Assembly: GCA_030690215.1 (NCBI GenBank)
Contig: JAUYHD010000004.1
Span: 31,090-95,089 of the forward strand
Source: a bacterium
GTDB taxonomy: Bacteria; Patescibacteriota; Minisyncoccia; 1-14-0-10-42-19
Direction: 5' to 3'
Length of the DNA stretch: 64,000 nt
The notes below the pieces were generated by a model. That model did no database searches, had not been told where the DNA came from, and worked only from the letters and a program-made list of their open reading frames with translations. Shown here piece by piece: positions 10,904 through 21,666 of this stretch (its first letter is position 1; every line of letters begins with the position of its first letter). Both the position numbers and the translations under genes were made by a program.

Positions 10904-10992
10904 TCCCGACATAGCTACCCAGCGATGCTCTTGGCAGAACAGCTGGTACACCAGAGGTCAGTTCTCTTCGGTCCTCTCGTCACATTCTCCCC

Positions 10993-11805
10993 TATTTCTA
11001 GGAGTGCAGACTATATCTTCACCTTTCTTTAATAAAAAGTTAAGGTGTTGGCGTATTACAAACATAAGCCTGTTTCTTTTGAAAGAAACTTTCCGGCATT
11101 ATGAAAGTCCGCTCCGACATAAAGTCAGAGACAAGTCGTTACGGGGTCAGACCTAAAATTTTATGCAATTCGCTTCTTGTTTTTTTCTTTTTGGTAACGT
11201 AATTTTGACTTTGAATAACCAAAATCAGATCAACAAGTTTTGTCAATTGCCTTTTCGTTAGCTTTTGGAACTTTGTGTTGGATAACACTTCACACGCTTG
11301 TAAGAGCGCGCGTGTTTGAGGTTTTTTAAAACGAATATACGGCAACAAACTTTTAAGAATATTTCTTATCTGTTTATAACCATTTATTCGCAGCTCAGTC
11401 ATTCCATCATTTCTGTCAGAAATATAACCGATACCCAAGACTTCTTTTATCCAATATAAAGTCTTTTTATGCCTAGCATCTTGATAAAAACAAATTGTAG
11501 TCATAAAACGAATCCCTCGTTTGCTATCGCTTCGCTTTTTGAGCTGAAGCATAAGACTCCCATCTCCATCAAGAAAACCAGCAATATACGCGAACTTAAT
11601 TTTAGATCGACTTCCCACGATATTATCTTACTCTATTTCTGGTCCTCAAGCGAATAGTAATATCAAAGACCGTATGATATTACTTTTCATCGAACCGAGA
11701 AACATGAATGAAGATTCCACCGTTATTAGCCACTTTTTCATCACACATTTCTGCGTGAAGTAGCAAGGCCCCAAAAGGGCTTACTAGAAGAAACTCCTCT
11801 CAAGA
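10993..11805 (-). mobile_element. Putative group I intron in the 23S domain V/VI region carrying a LAGLIDADG homing endonuclease gene
   Basis: About 810 bp replace roughly 35 nt of conserved sequence between the exon blocks '...ggtcctctcgtcac' and 'gcagtagataggagaccaacctgtctcacg'. Confidence 0.65.
11139..11618 (-). CDS. LAGLIDADG homing endonuclease (single-motif, I-CreI-like size)
   Basis: A 159-aa ORF with the motif YIAGFLDGDGSLMLQ, lying inside the 23S insertion. Confidence 0.85.
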   Translation of the reverse strand: MGSRSKIKFAYIAGFLDGDGSLMLQLKKRSDSKRGIRFMTTICFYQDARHKKTLYWIKEVLGIGYISDRNDGMTELRINGYKQIRNILKSLLPYIRFKKPQTRALLQACEVLSNTKFQKLTKRQLTKLVDLILVIQSQNYVTKKKKTRSELHKILGLTP

Positions 11806-11835
11806 ATCAACGCCTGCAGTAGATAGGAGACCAAC

Positions 11836-12208
11836 CTGTCTCACGCATGTTTTGCTTCGTAAACCCGCTGGCCTGCGCAGAATATACGCAGAATCACGCA
11901 GACACGAAACATTCCCGCTATTACTAGCGGCATTGGACTATATCTTCATCCCACTTGTGCTGGGAGGCTAACATGTAGTCTCTACAGGGTCATAAGAAAA
12001 TATAAATGAATTTTTCTTAGACTTCCCTCGGTATTGTCCTTATGAAAGGATTTTACCGATATAAGTTAGCTTCTCGCTCAAAAATTACTCTTTGAGGCCG
12101 CCGTGATTGAGGTTGTTTCCTATCTTTATTTCATAGACGAAAAATATGTCGTTGGATTCAAACAGTCGATGAGCCAATCAGTAGTTCAAGATCGTAATGC
12201 GCGATTAG
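11836..12208 (-). mobile_element. Putative ORF-less intron in 23S between ...CTGTCTCACG and ACGGTCTGAACCCAGCTCGCG
   Basis: A 375-bp insertion splits the contiguous conserved sequence GAGACAGTTCGG.../...ACGTTCTAAACCCAGCTCGCG, which is uninterrupted in E. coli. Confidence 0.55.
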
Positions 12209-12241
12209 CGCATCAACGGTCTGAACCCAGCTCGCGTGCCA

Positions 12242-12320
<79 letters not shown>

Positions 12321-12917
12321 GCTTCGTCGATATGGACTCTTGGAAGCGACCAGCCTGTTATCCCCGGAGTAGCTTTTATCCGTTAATCTTCCGCGGCGTC
12401 TAGTGCCCACGGTCGGTTCACTATGTTCTGCTTTCGCATCTCTTTTTATACATGAAAGCATAAAAAGTTCCGAAATATTCGGAAGTTTGACATGTCCGTC
12501 TTACAGTTAAGCCAGCTTATGCCATTGCGCTATCGGCGCGATTTCCATCCGCACCTAGCTGACCTTGATAAACACCTCCGTTACTTTTTAGGAGGTAAGC
12601 GCCCCACTTAAACTGCCCACCAGATACTGTTCCCGTGCGTTTTTGCCGCAAAGGTTAGAGTCTAAAAATGAAAAGATGGGTATTTCACTGTTGGCTCCAT
12701 GCCGCCCAAGAGCAACACTTCAAAGCCTCCCCACTATGCTACGCATTACATTCTTAGAGCCAATATCAAGTTGCAGTAAAGCTTCCGGGGTCTTTTCGTC
12801 TAACTGCAGGTAACCGGCATCTTCACCGGTATTGTATTTTCACCGGGCTACTCCCCGAGACAGTCCCCCAGTCGTTACGCCTTTCGTGCACGTCGGAACT
12901 TACCCGACAAGGAAATA

Positions 12918-12953
<36 letters not shown>

Positions 12954-14299
12954 GACGAGGGCTTCGGTCGGTCAGCATCCCGCTAAAAGCGGGACACCAC
13001 CAACGTTAACCTTCTCGCATTGGTCAGGCGTCACCCTCTATACATCCTCTTACGAGTTCGCAGAGAGCTGTGTTTTTGTTAAACAGTCGCCAGGGGTACT
13101 TTCGCTGCGTCCCGCTTTCCACACGATAAAAACCGTATGGTTAACGGGAAACTCTTATTGCTAACTTACGAGTGCTTTTTTGCCGAGTTCCTTGGGGAGC
13201 ACTCACCCGTTCGCCTTAGTCTTCTCGACCTGCTCACCTGTGTCGGTTTGCGGTACGGTTTCCATATACTTAACCCTAGAAGTTTTTCTTGGAAGGCTCT
13301 TCAAAAGAATTTTCTTCCGAAACGAAAGAATTTCTGCATTGCGCGAGATTTGCCTTGCGGCCGCTTTCCGGATTTGCCGGGAAAGCATCTCTGTACAACA
13401 CAAACGCGAATCCAATAACGCGCTCTTTTTTATGTCCTCCGTCCCTCCATTGGAAATATACGGAAGTCACGGAATATTAACCGTGTGTCCATCAACTGCG
13501 CCTTTCGGCATCGCCTTAGGACCGACTCACCCTTGGCTGATCACCATTGCCAAGGAAACCTTGAGCTTTCGGCGTGCAGGGCTCTCACCTGCATTGCGGT
13601 TACTTGTGCCAACATTCTCGCTTCCCAACGCTCCACCACTTCTCACGAAGCAGCTTCACTGCATTAGGAATGTTCTCCTACCGCGTTATGCAAAAGCATA
13701 ACACCCTCACCTTCGGTACTCTGCTTGAGTCCCGATTATTTTCGGCGCAATATCTCTTGACGAGTGAGCTGTTACGCACTCTTTAAAGGATGGCTGCTTC
13801 TAAGCCAACCTCCTCGCTGTCTGAGAAATTTCACCACCTTGAAAACACTTAGCAGAGATTTAGGGACCTTAGATTGAGATCAGGGCTGTTTCCCTTTTGA
13901 CCGATGGAGCTTCGCCCCCATAGTCTAACTGCCCTTACAATACGTTCGGTATTCGGAGTTTGGTTGGAAAGCCGAGCTTTCGCCCTATGCATCCCATCCA
14001 GTAGCTCTACCCCCGAACGATAATAAAGACGCTAACCCAAAAGTTATTTCGGAGAAAACCAGCTATTCCCACGTTCGATTAGCTTTTCACTCCGACCCAC
14101 AGCTCATCCGATGACGTTGTACGATCAACCGGTTCGGACCTCCTTCCGCCTTTCGGCGAAATTCATCCTGGCCATGGGTAGCTCACGTGGCTTCGGGTCT
14201 TTTGCATGTTGCCTTTATTCTTCGCCAATTCACTCGCGTTAAAACGAGTGAATTGGAAAGAATGATGCGCGCTGTTAACACTCGGTTTCCCTTTGCCTC

Positions 14300-14860
14300 C
14301 CCCCGCTCTTTTGGCACTATTCCAGTAAACTATTTTGAATACGCTTCTTAAGATGCCCGATTACCGCTCCGTGATGTTTTAGTTTTTCTTCACGAAGCAA
14401 TGCATCTTTTTTACTAAGATACGATTCGTAATAAATAAGTTTGAATGGAGCGTAATGTTTTGTTGATCTATTTTCTCCTTGATTGTGTTCTTTCAATCTT
14501 CTCCGAAGATCATTCGTACTCCCCACATAGAAAAAATTTTTATTTTTACTTTTAAGAAAATAAACATAATACATAATCAATAATTATACCAACAAAATAA
14601 TAACGCCAAAAGAGCGGGGTTAGACGAGCAGCATGCAAAAACTCGTTGGCTCATTCTTCAATAGGCACCCGGTCACTCGTACCTCGCTCTCGCTCGGCAC
14701 TTCGTAATTTTCAATTTTTAATTTCTAATTTTTAAACATTTGAAAATTGGAACATTAAACATTGAATAAAAATTGAGAATTGAAAATTAAAAATTTTGTG
14801 CTGAACAAAAGTGAGGCACAAGCTCCCAGTCCTTGTAAGTATATGGTTTCAGGTACTATT
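14300..14860 (-). mobile_element. Intron-like insertion in the 23S 5' half carrying a GIY-YIG endonuclease gene plus an AT-rich low-complexity tail
   Basis: 23S-conserved sequence resumes on both sides (about 14290 and about 14870, CTCACGGTACTAGTTCACTATCGGTC). The insert contains the ORF 14317..14580 and 'aattgaaaatt' repeats. Confidence 0.5.
14317..14580 (-). CDS. GIY-YIG nuclease (catalytic domain only, 87 aa)
   Basis: Motifs YYVYFLKS...FYVGSTNDLRRRLKEHN, matching the GIY/YIG/Arg/Glu pattern. Confidence 0.85.
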   Translation of the reverse strand: MIMYYVYFLKSKNKNFFYVGSTNDLRRRLKEHNQGENRSTKHYAPFKLIYYESYLSKKDALLREEKLKHHGAVIGHLKKRIQNSLLE

Positions 14861-14880
14861 TCATCGCCCTCATCGGGCTG

Positions 14881-14920
<40 letters not shown>

Positions 14921-15299
14921 TTGAAGCGTATTTAGCCTTGGGAGCTAGTGCTCCCGGCTTCCCCCGAGGCATTCGTTCCTCGAGGTACTCAAGAGTACAT
15001 TCCGAGAGACAGAGATGATTTTCGTGTACGGGGCTATTACCCTCTTTGGCCCGCCTTTCCAGACGAGTTCTACTAACCAAATCTCTTCTTGTAAATCTCT
15101 CCTGAGAGTAAACTCTCAATGAATGTATCTTTCAACCCCCCTCGACTCGATGCTACGCACCTCGCTCGGGGTAAACCCATCTTTTAAAAAACGAAGATTG
15201 GGCTTGCCCTGAGTGAGATTCGCAGAATCGAATCGAAGGGTTTGGGCTCTTCCCGTTTCGCTCGCCGCTACTAAGGGAATGGACCACATCTCGCTTCGC

Positions 15300-15670
15300 T
15301 CGAGTGGAATTCCCAATTTTCAAGCACCAATTTCAAAACAAATCCCAATGACCAAAATCCAAAACAAGGGTTTTTGAAAATTGAAACATTAAAAATTGAT
15401 TGCCCGCCCAAAGGGCGAGGTCTCGCCTAAGGCGGAAAAATTAGAAATTAAAAATTGGAAATTCCGCGCCGAACAAAGTGAGAAGCAGCATTGTTTTCTT
15501 TTCCTCTAGGTACTGAGATGTTTCACTTCCCTAGGTGCGCTCCGCGCTCTGCACGGAAACCCAAATTTCCAAGCACCAACCCCCAAACAATGCAAAAATT
15601 CAAATGACCAAAACGGATTTGGAATTTGAAATTTAGAATTTGTTTGGAATTTGGATTTTGTAATTTAGGA
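15300..15670 (-). repeat. Two related AT-rich expansion inserts in the 23S 5' domain ('cc(a/c)aatttccaagcaccaa...caaatgaccaaaa' copies at about 15318 and about 15558, plus 'aattgaaa/aatttgga' low-complexity runs)
   Basis: Direct repeat and low-complexity sequence lying between conserved 23S blocks. Confidence 0.5.
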
Positions 15671-16106
15671 TTTCCGTGCAAAGCACGGTCTCCGTGGTTT
15701 ACACGGAGGGGTTTCCCCATTCGGACATCTCCGGATCAAAGGTTGCTAGTCACCTCCCCGAAGCTTATCGCAGACACGCCACGTCCTTCATCGCCACTTC
15801 AAGCCAAGGCATCCGCCATATACTCTTATTCCCGCTGAAATATACAATGATTATAAATGCTATAATCACCTGTTGTTTATATTCTATTGTAAATTTGCTC
15901 ACCTTTACTGCCGGCATCTGTTTAATAAAAAAATGATAAACAGGTGTCGGGAGTAAAAATATTGTGTACCCTCCTCCGCACTTCTCCGCTAAAGCTCCGA
16001 AGTGCTTCGGGCGGGTTATTTTTCGCAACTACGCTTCGCGTAGGCAAAAAATGAATAATCGCGCCGCAAGCAGTGCGATATCTCACGCTATGCTTGCAGC
16101 TTTGCG

Positions 16107-16311
16107 ATTATTCCACCCAGCTCATAAATCTTAACCGGGGTCTTTTTGTAATATGATTCCATTTTTTTAACATTAATGAAATCAGGAAAGACATAAGATC
16201 TATGAGCTGGGTTTATTATCTGCAAACCGCATTCATTCCCACCGCCCGCTTCGCCGAAGCGAAAGCGAGACGAGCAAGCGACGGGGTATTCTGCGGGCAG
16301 ATAATAAAAAA
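16107..16311. repeat. Repeat family D, copy 1: hairpin element 'ttattccacccagctcat...atgagctgggtttattatctgcaaaccgc...gcgggcagataataa'
   Basis: A second copy is at 59260..59417, with compensatory changes in stem 1. Confidence 0.5.
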
Positions 16312-16695
16312 TCCGCTTCTTTTGAGCGGAGTTCATACAACCAAATACAGGCGTGATTACAAACTAGGACTCGTCGCCCCCGCTTTCTAAAAATGATATG
16401 TTGATAGTGTGTAACATCGTATTGTTTTCCTAGTATAGCAGGTCTGTTTTGGCTGTCAAACCCCGTTTGGCTAAATCGAAAGCTGTATCTACGTCTGACG
16501 GATACTATATCTGGTTAAGGAAACAATGGTCCGTTATGTGAGTCGTCGAAATTCGCTGGTAGATACAACAAGGAAGACGGTTCGATTTTGCCTAACGGGG
16601 TCAAATCTTTCAACTAAATCCAAAACAAGCCCGACTACCCACCATTGCACATGGGGCTTTCCGACAGGAAAACCCCATAGAACAATAGCGATTAG

Positions 16696-17385
16696 CTATT
16701 TCCGGCTATTGGAAATATCTGATCCGAGCTTTGCTAGAAACCGCGAAGCTGTTTCTTTCCCGCCAAGACCGAACGAAAGACCAAGGGCGATAGAAAGAGC
16801 CGCAATAAACCCGGTAAAAAGGGTTTGGACAAAAGGTCCCGCAATGCCGAGTTGGTACATTGCCGCAAGAAATGCAAAAATCCAGATTGACCATTTACTG
16901 ATCCCCCCAAGAAGATCTGCGGACGGAAGGTGCGCGGCTCTCGCAGACCCGACAACAATTCGGCGCATTGCATCAGCAACCACTGCCGCAATAACTAGGA
17001 TAAATGCCGCAACAATAACATTCGGCAGATATGAGACAACATCGCGCAAGAAAAGATTTATCTGATCAAGTCCTAACACGTCAACTGCCGCGATAAGGAA
17101 TACGATAATGAAAAACCATTTTACAAGCCCTCCAATAAATCCCCCTACGTCAAGTTTAAATCCCGCGCGCGTAATCGGTTCTTCAAAGCCAAGATTTTCA
17201 AAAATCTTGTTTACTTTGAGCATAGCGAAGATTTGCGCAACAATTTTGCCCAAAGAAACGGCAATAAGCCACCCGAGGACAAAAATGATAAAAGCAACGA
17301 TAAATTTTGGGATAAATTCTACGACACCAGTCCAAAGATTTTGGAATGATCCATATAGAATGTCCCCAAATGTTTCAAAAACCAT
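16696..17385 (-). CDS. Polytopic membrane protein with two copies of an MscS-N-terminus-like 'TM helix' repeat
   Basis: A 229-aa ORF with an internal repeat (FIPKFIVAFIIFVLGWLIAVSLGKIV / VSYLPNVIVAAFILVIAAVVADAMRRIV). The function is inferred only loosely. Confidence 0.5.
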   Translation of the reverse strand: MVFETFGDILYGSFQNLWTGVVEFIPKFIVAFIIFVLGWLIAVSLGKIVAQIFAMLKVNKIFENLGFEEPITRAGFKLDVGGFIGGLVKWFFIIVFLIAAVDVLGLDQINLFLRDVVSYLPNVIVAAFILVIAAVVADAMRRIVVGSARAAHLPSADLLGGISKWSIWIFAFLAAMYQLGIAGPFVQTLFTGFIAALSIALGLSFGLGGKETASRFLAKLGSDISNSRK

Positions 17386-17626
17386 ATGTTAAAAAATAAA
17401 ATAAAAGCTAATTCTAATGAGAACATAAAAAAAATAACCTTAAAGACCAAAATCAAATTCTCGACCTTTTGGCCTAAAAAGGGTCCTTTTTCAGAAGACT
17501 CCTTATATTATAGCACATGTTAGAGGTCTTTTCATGGGCATTTCGGTTCTTGTGGATAACATTTTATTACAAATCTAAATAAAAACCCCGTTTAAACAGG
17601 GCCTTCTTTTTCTTTATTTTTTGCTC

Positions 17627-17962
17627 TTATTTTTTATATAATGTTCTTTCTTCTATAGGAATGCCAATCTTTCCATAATGCTCAATGCTATATTGCATGC
17701 CTTTTGAAATACCATGGTCGATATATACAACTATCAAATCCGCACATACTCCCCATGCTTGCCCCGCATGAATGCCCATCATCCGCTCTTCCGGGATAAG
17801 ATCGTTTAAAATGCCTTCCTGGGTATAAAAAAGATGGCTCGCAAACGGTGCTTCTCCCCTGCTTATACAGTCATGCGCACACGCACGCGCATATTGGACA
17901 TTCTGCTCTTCACTGCGCTTTTCATCACCTTTAAACGGACTTTCTATGATTACTCGCCTCAT
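17627..17962 (-). CDS. Hypothetical protein (111 aa)
   Basis: ORF only. No confident motif. Confidence 0.45.
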   Translation of the reverse strand: MRRVIIESPFKGDEKRSEEQNVQYARACAHDCISRGEAPFASHLFYTQEGILNDLIPEERMMGIHAGQAWGVCADLIVVYIDHGISKGMQYSIEHYGKIGIPIEERTLYKK

Positions 17963-17988
17963 TATTTCTCCTTTTAAAGATCGGGATA

Positions 17989-18062
17989 TGCGCGCGCCTG
18001 GACTCGAACCAGGGACCTTTGCAATGTGAATGCAACGCTCTAACCAGCTGAGCTACGCGCGC
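17989..18062 (-). tRNA. tRNA-Val (anticodon CAC)
   Basis: The reverse complement GCGCGCGTAGCTCAGCTGGTTAGAGCGTTGCATTCACATTGCAAAGGTCCCTGGTTCGAGTCCAGGCGCGCGCA folds as a cloverleaf. The anticodon loop is TTCACAT. No CCA is encoded. Confidence 0.9.
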
Positions 18063-18065
18063 CTA

Positions 18066-18692
18066 TTAGAGACCTAATTTATCGTATATTTTTTCGTGAG
18101 GATAATCAAAAATATTGCGAATGAATTTATCATACATGCCTACCCGGTATAAAAATTCTTTTGAGTTGAGTGTGGCATAGTTCAATTCCTTGCCCACCCT
18201 TGCTTCAATTGAACGCATGATACGCTCAAGTTTTGTCTTTTTTATATTGTCTCCAACAATCAATAGGTCAACGCGCGAATCACTCCCCTCTTCGGCATCA
18301 AGAAAAAATCCGGTAAGCACGACTAATTTTATATTTCCCGTGCTCCGAACCTTCCGCAATAGCTGATCGCGCGGAATGGGGGCTGCATTTAAGAGAAGAT
18401 TTTTTAAAGGACGCAAAAATGGAAATAACGGGTTTAGCTGCCATCCTTGTATCTTTTTCTTTTTCGTACGACGCCTTTTTTTTGAACGAATAACGATCTC
18501 CGACTCCCGAACGCCCTTCACGATACATCCTATTTTTTTAAGCAAATTAATCTCGTAGCGCGCCTTCTTTGCAGACACATTGCTTCGGTCTCCTATGTCA
18601 GATACATCAAACACCTTTCCGGGATTCAGCAAAAAAAGCCGCAATATTTTTACCAGCGGCTCAGACGAAAAAAGTTCTGCGAGTATATCCAT
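18066..18692 (-). CDS. Hypothetical protein with an N-terminal winged-helix-like region and a basic linker
   Basis: A 208-aa ORF. The N-terminus VKILRLFLLNPGKVFDVSDIGDRSNVSAKKARYEINLLKKIG resembles a wHTH. It sits directly downstream of rplL. Confidence 0.5.
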   Translation of the reverse strand: MDILAELFSSEPLVKILRLFLLNPGKVFDVSDIGDRSNVSAKKARYEINLLKKIGCIVKGVRESEIVIRSKKRRRTKKKKIQGWQLNPLFPFLRPLKNLLLNAAPIPRDQLLRKVRSTGNIKLVVLTGFFLDAEEGSDSRVDLLIVGDNIKKTKLERIMRSIEARVGKELNYATLNSKEFLYRVGMYDKFIRNIFDYPHEKIYDKLGL

Positions 18693-18699
18693 ACCTATT

Positions 18700-18782
18700 T
18701 AGTTAACTAGTTTGCTAGTAACTAGTCAACTAGAAAATCCCGCGACGATCGCGGGATTAAACTAGTAAACTATTTCAATTCA
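18700..18782. promoter_or_regulatory. CTAG-rich repeat cluster (5 copies of AACTAGT-like motifs) enclosing a hairpin 'atcccgcgacgatcgcgggat' (18737..18757). This hairpin is the likely rplL terminator.
   Basis: Counted directly. A mirror cluster lies at 19800..19878. Confidence 0.5.
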
Positions 18783-19180
18783 ACTTGTCCTCCTGCTGCC
18801 TCAATCTTCTTTTTGAGTTCTTCTGCTTCCGCCTTTGGCATCCCCTCCTTCAAAGGTTTGGGAGCCGCATCAACCAAATCTTTTGCTTCCTTCAAGCCGA
18901 GCCCGAGCACCTCCCGGACTACCTTAATAACCTGAATCTTCTGATCACCTCCTGATTTCAATTCAACGGTAAATGCGCTTTTTTCTTCGGCTCCTCCTGC
19001 ATCCCCTCCTGCCGCGGGAGCTGCCATCATCATACCCATAGGCATCGCCGCCGAAACGCCGAATTTATCCTCAAGCACTTTTACTAATTCCGATAAATCA
19101 AGAACGGTCATTTTTTCTATTGTCTCTACAATGTCTTTGAACTTTGCAGGAACAACAATGTCTTTTTTTTCTTCGCTCAT
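18770..19180 (-). CDS. rplL: 50S ribosomal protein L7/L12
   Basis: A 136-aa ORF with an Ala/Gly hinge and a C-terminal ...[29 protein letters not shown]...AGGQVELK. Confidence 0.95.
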   Translation of the reverse strand: MSEEKKDIVVPAKFKDIVETIEKMTVLDLSELVKVLEDKFGVSAAMPMGMMMAAPAAGGDAGGAEEKSAFTVELKSGGDQKIQVIKVVREVLGLGLKEAKDLVDAAPKPLKEGMPKAEAEELKKKIEAAGGQVELK

Positions 19181-19210
19181 AACTAATAACTTAATAACTA
19201 ATAACTTAAT

Positions 19211-19795
19211 TTATGTTCGACTCTTTTGCATATTTGTTAATACTCCAATAAACCCTTGCAACGGTCCATTGATAACCCGAACAAAACCTCCGAGGGGGGA
19301 TACAATACCCCCTACCACCTGCCCCAACAGTACTTCTCGCGGTGGGATGGACGCAAGCATCTTAACGGTTTCTACTCCCACATACCCCTTTTCGTATACC
19401 CCTCCGAGTATCTGCAATCCCTCGGTTTTTTTTGCGAAATCAACGAGAATTTTTACTGCCTCTACCGGCTCGCTCTCTTTTCCGCCCGAGGCGGATCCGC
19501 CTTTTGCGCCAGAGGACGCATCCGTTCCTTTGGCGGAGGCGGAAAAAAATAAAGCGACCTCCCCCTCAAAGCCGGACATTTCGCCGGAAAAGCCAAAACC
19601 ATCAAGTACGCGCTTAACCAGTCGTTTTTTTGCCACCTTAAGAGTAGCGCCCACCCCGCGAAGCTCGTTTCGAAGCGTAGACATACCCGCAACCGATACA
19701 CCGTGAAAATTTATGAACACAATCATGTCTGCCTTCTCAGACAAAGCGTGAACCTCCTTAATTATTGATTCCTTTTTTTGTTTTGTAATTGCCAT
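19211..19795 (-). CDS. rplJ: 50S ribosomal protein L10
   Basis: A 194-aa ORF immediately upstream of rplL. The N-terminus MAITKQKKESIIKEVHALSEKADMIVF is L10-like. Confidence 0.92.
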   Translation of the reverse strand: MAITKQKKESIIKEVHALSEKADMIVFINFHGVSVAGMSTLRNELRGVGATLKVAKKRLVKRVLDGFGFSGEMSGFEGEVALFFSASAKGTDASSGAKGGSASGGKESEPVEAVKILVDFAKKTEGLQILGGVYEKGYVGVETVKMLASIPPREVLLGQVVGGIVSPLGGFVRVINGPLQGFIGVLTNMQKSRT

Positions 19796-19799
19796 CTTT

Positions 19800-19878
19800 T
19801 CAGTTTTCTAGTTTCGTCCGCTCCCCGAACTTCTAGTTTTCTAGTTTCTAACTAGCAAACTAATGAACTAGGAAACTA
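19800..19878. promoter_or_regulatory. Second CTAG-rich repeat cluster (5 CTAG in about 80 bp: tctagtt x3, aactagc, aactagg) in the rplJ 5' leader
   Basis: Counted directly. Confidence 0.45.
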
Positions 19879-20154
19879 TATATTTTAACCAAATAAAAAC
19901 CGCAGCCGTAAGCCGCGGAACTCAAAACCCGCATATACACAATGCGAATCTTATGCCTTGGAGGGTCTTACAGCCCGGTTATCCAACCGGGTGCTTTCGC
20001 ATATGCCTGCCCTCTGTCTACGGCTATACAATCCAGTATAATCATCAAAGTAAACCTGTCAAGATTTATTTTTCATTCCACAAATTCTTGACAAACATAT
20101 ATCTGCATGTTAAAAGTAAATAAAATTCATCTTTAACAAAAAGGAGGCAGATAG

Positions 20155-21009
20155 GTGCCGATCAAGTCAGTATATGTTATTTCCCCTGTTCATAACAGAG
20201 AAGATACGTTGAATGCTTTTTTAATCGGTGGCGATCCTGATATCACGCCGTTAAAAGAAATGAGAGATTTTTTGGAAGAAAAGTGGATTACGTTTAAGAC
20301 AATCCTCGTAAACGACGCTTCAACCGATGAAACATTCGAAATAATAGATGATTTATGGCACAAAACAATTTGGATAAAACCTATCCACAAAAATAAGAAC
20401 GAGATGGTGGCGAAAGCACTTCTTGATGGGTACACCGAAGCAATTCGCCTTGCTCCTTTGGAGTACCGCTATAACCATCCATATAAGAAAAACGAAGTTT
20501 TATTCGTGCGGCTAGATTCTGATCTGGAACATAATCCGAAACATATTCTTGAATTAATAGAAGTAGTAAACAATGGTGCTGATGGCGCAATTCATCAATT
20601 ACGATACCGCCCCGAAGATCAGACCGAGATTGATTATTGGTTTGACGGGTCGCAAGGAACATTCCAGGGAAATGTTATACTCGGGAAAGGCGAATCATTA
20701 CTGCATAATTGCCCCGGTTACACTGCATACCGCATGGATGCCATGGAAAAAATGCTCCCGCTTTATCAAAAATATTTTAAACTCTATAAAGAGGAGTATG
20801 GGGTTGAGCCGACATGGGGCGGAGATATGGCGCTATTTTTTATCGCAAAAAATATTCTTAGGCTCACCATAGCAACAGATCTCGTTGCCGATTCCACACG
20901 GCAATCGCCCGGCAGAACGATAGACAAAGTGCTCCAGCAAATACAGCGAAATACAGCACACCTTCTTCTTATGAGAAAAATCCAAACGGGAAAAATAAAA
21001 TTCCTATAA
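20155..21009 (+). CDS. Family 2 glycosyltransferase (GT-A fold)
   Basis: GTG start 7 nt after the RBS aaaggagg. Motifs VISPVHNRED, VNDASTDET and the DXD-like RLDSDLEH. Confidence 0.75.
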   Translation: MPIKSVYVISPVHNREDTLNAFLIGGDPDITPLKEMRDFLEEKWITFKTILVNDASTDETFEIIDDLWHKTIWIKPIHKNKNEMVAKALLDGYTEAIRLAPLEYRYNHPYKKNEVLFVRLDSDLEHNPKHILELIEVVNNGADGAIHQLRYRPEDQTEIDYWFDGSQGTFQGNVILGKGESLLHNCPGYTAYRMDAMEKMLPLYQKYFKLYKEEYGVEPTWGGDMALFFIAKNILRLTIATDLVADSTRQSPGRTIDKVLQQIQRNTAHLLLMRKIQTGKIKFL

Positions 21010-21015
21010 AACCAA

Positions 21016-21047
21016 AAAGGACAGCTTCGGCTGTCCTTTCTTTTTTA
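21016..21047. terminator. Bidirectional rho-independent terminator 'aaaggacagcttcggctgtccttt' followed by a T-run
   Basis: A perfect hairpin between the convergent GT2 and Nudix genes. Confidence 0.7.
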
Positions 21048-21629
21048 TAGTAATCCTCTTTTTTCAAGCACCGGCAATACATTTAAAATCTTGATGTCTA
21101 CCAAAAAACCGGAATGAGATGTGGCGCAAAAATCAACAAGCGCATCTAACGGTATGGTCATAACTTCTATGTCTTCGGCATCTTCCAACATCGGCTCTCC
21201 GACTTTTTCTACATTGTCGGCAAAAAAAACTATCATCTCGTCACTTACCAATCCTGAATTAAACGGGCCTTCAAGAATTCTCGTAACGCCATTCTTTGCT
21301 TCGTATCCGGTTTCTTCGCGCAATTCTCTTTGAATAACTTCTTCTGGTGTCTCTCCGTCTTTATCCATAAGCCCGGCGGGAAGTTCCACTATATATTGAT
21401 TCATAGGAACTCTAAATGTTTTTTCAAGAAGCACTTTTTTATTTTTTGTGAGGGCAAAAATCGCAACTATTTTTCCGAATGTTTTTCTTCTGACCGTCTC
21501 CCATACGCATGCCTTCCCTGTTTTACCGATAAAATGAATTTTTGAAACTTGTATAAAAGAACCGTCAAACACTATTTCTTCTCTTTGTATCTTCATACAG
21601 ACCTCCTTCCTAATAGTTAATGGTAGCAA
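21045..21629 (-). CDS. NUDIX hydrolase
   Basis: Nudix box GLMDKDGETPEEVIQRELREETGY. The true start is probably the internal MKIQREE. Confidence 0.8.
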   Translation of the reverse strand: MLPLTIRKEVCMKIQREEIVFDGSFIQVSKIHFIGKTGKACVWETVRRKTFGKIVAIFALTKNKKVLLEKTFRVPMNQYIVELPAGLMDKDGETPEEVIQRELREETGYEAKNGVTRILEGPFNSGLVSDEMIVFFADNVEKVGEPMLEDAEDIEVMTIPLDALVDFCATSHSGFLVDIKILNVLPVLEKRGLL

Positions 21630-21666
21630 TTATTAAACACCGAGTGTTTAATAATTTTAGATAATT

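Noticed and set aside
15838-16700. Looked for a 16S rRNA gene or spacer tRNAs upstream of 23S
   Set aside because: No 16S 3'-end signature (GGATCACCTCCTT) or other conserved 16S blocks were found in the sequence upstream of the 23S 5' end. The 16S gene is apparently unlinked.
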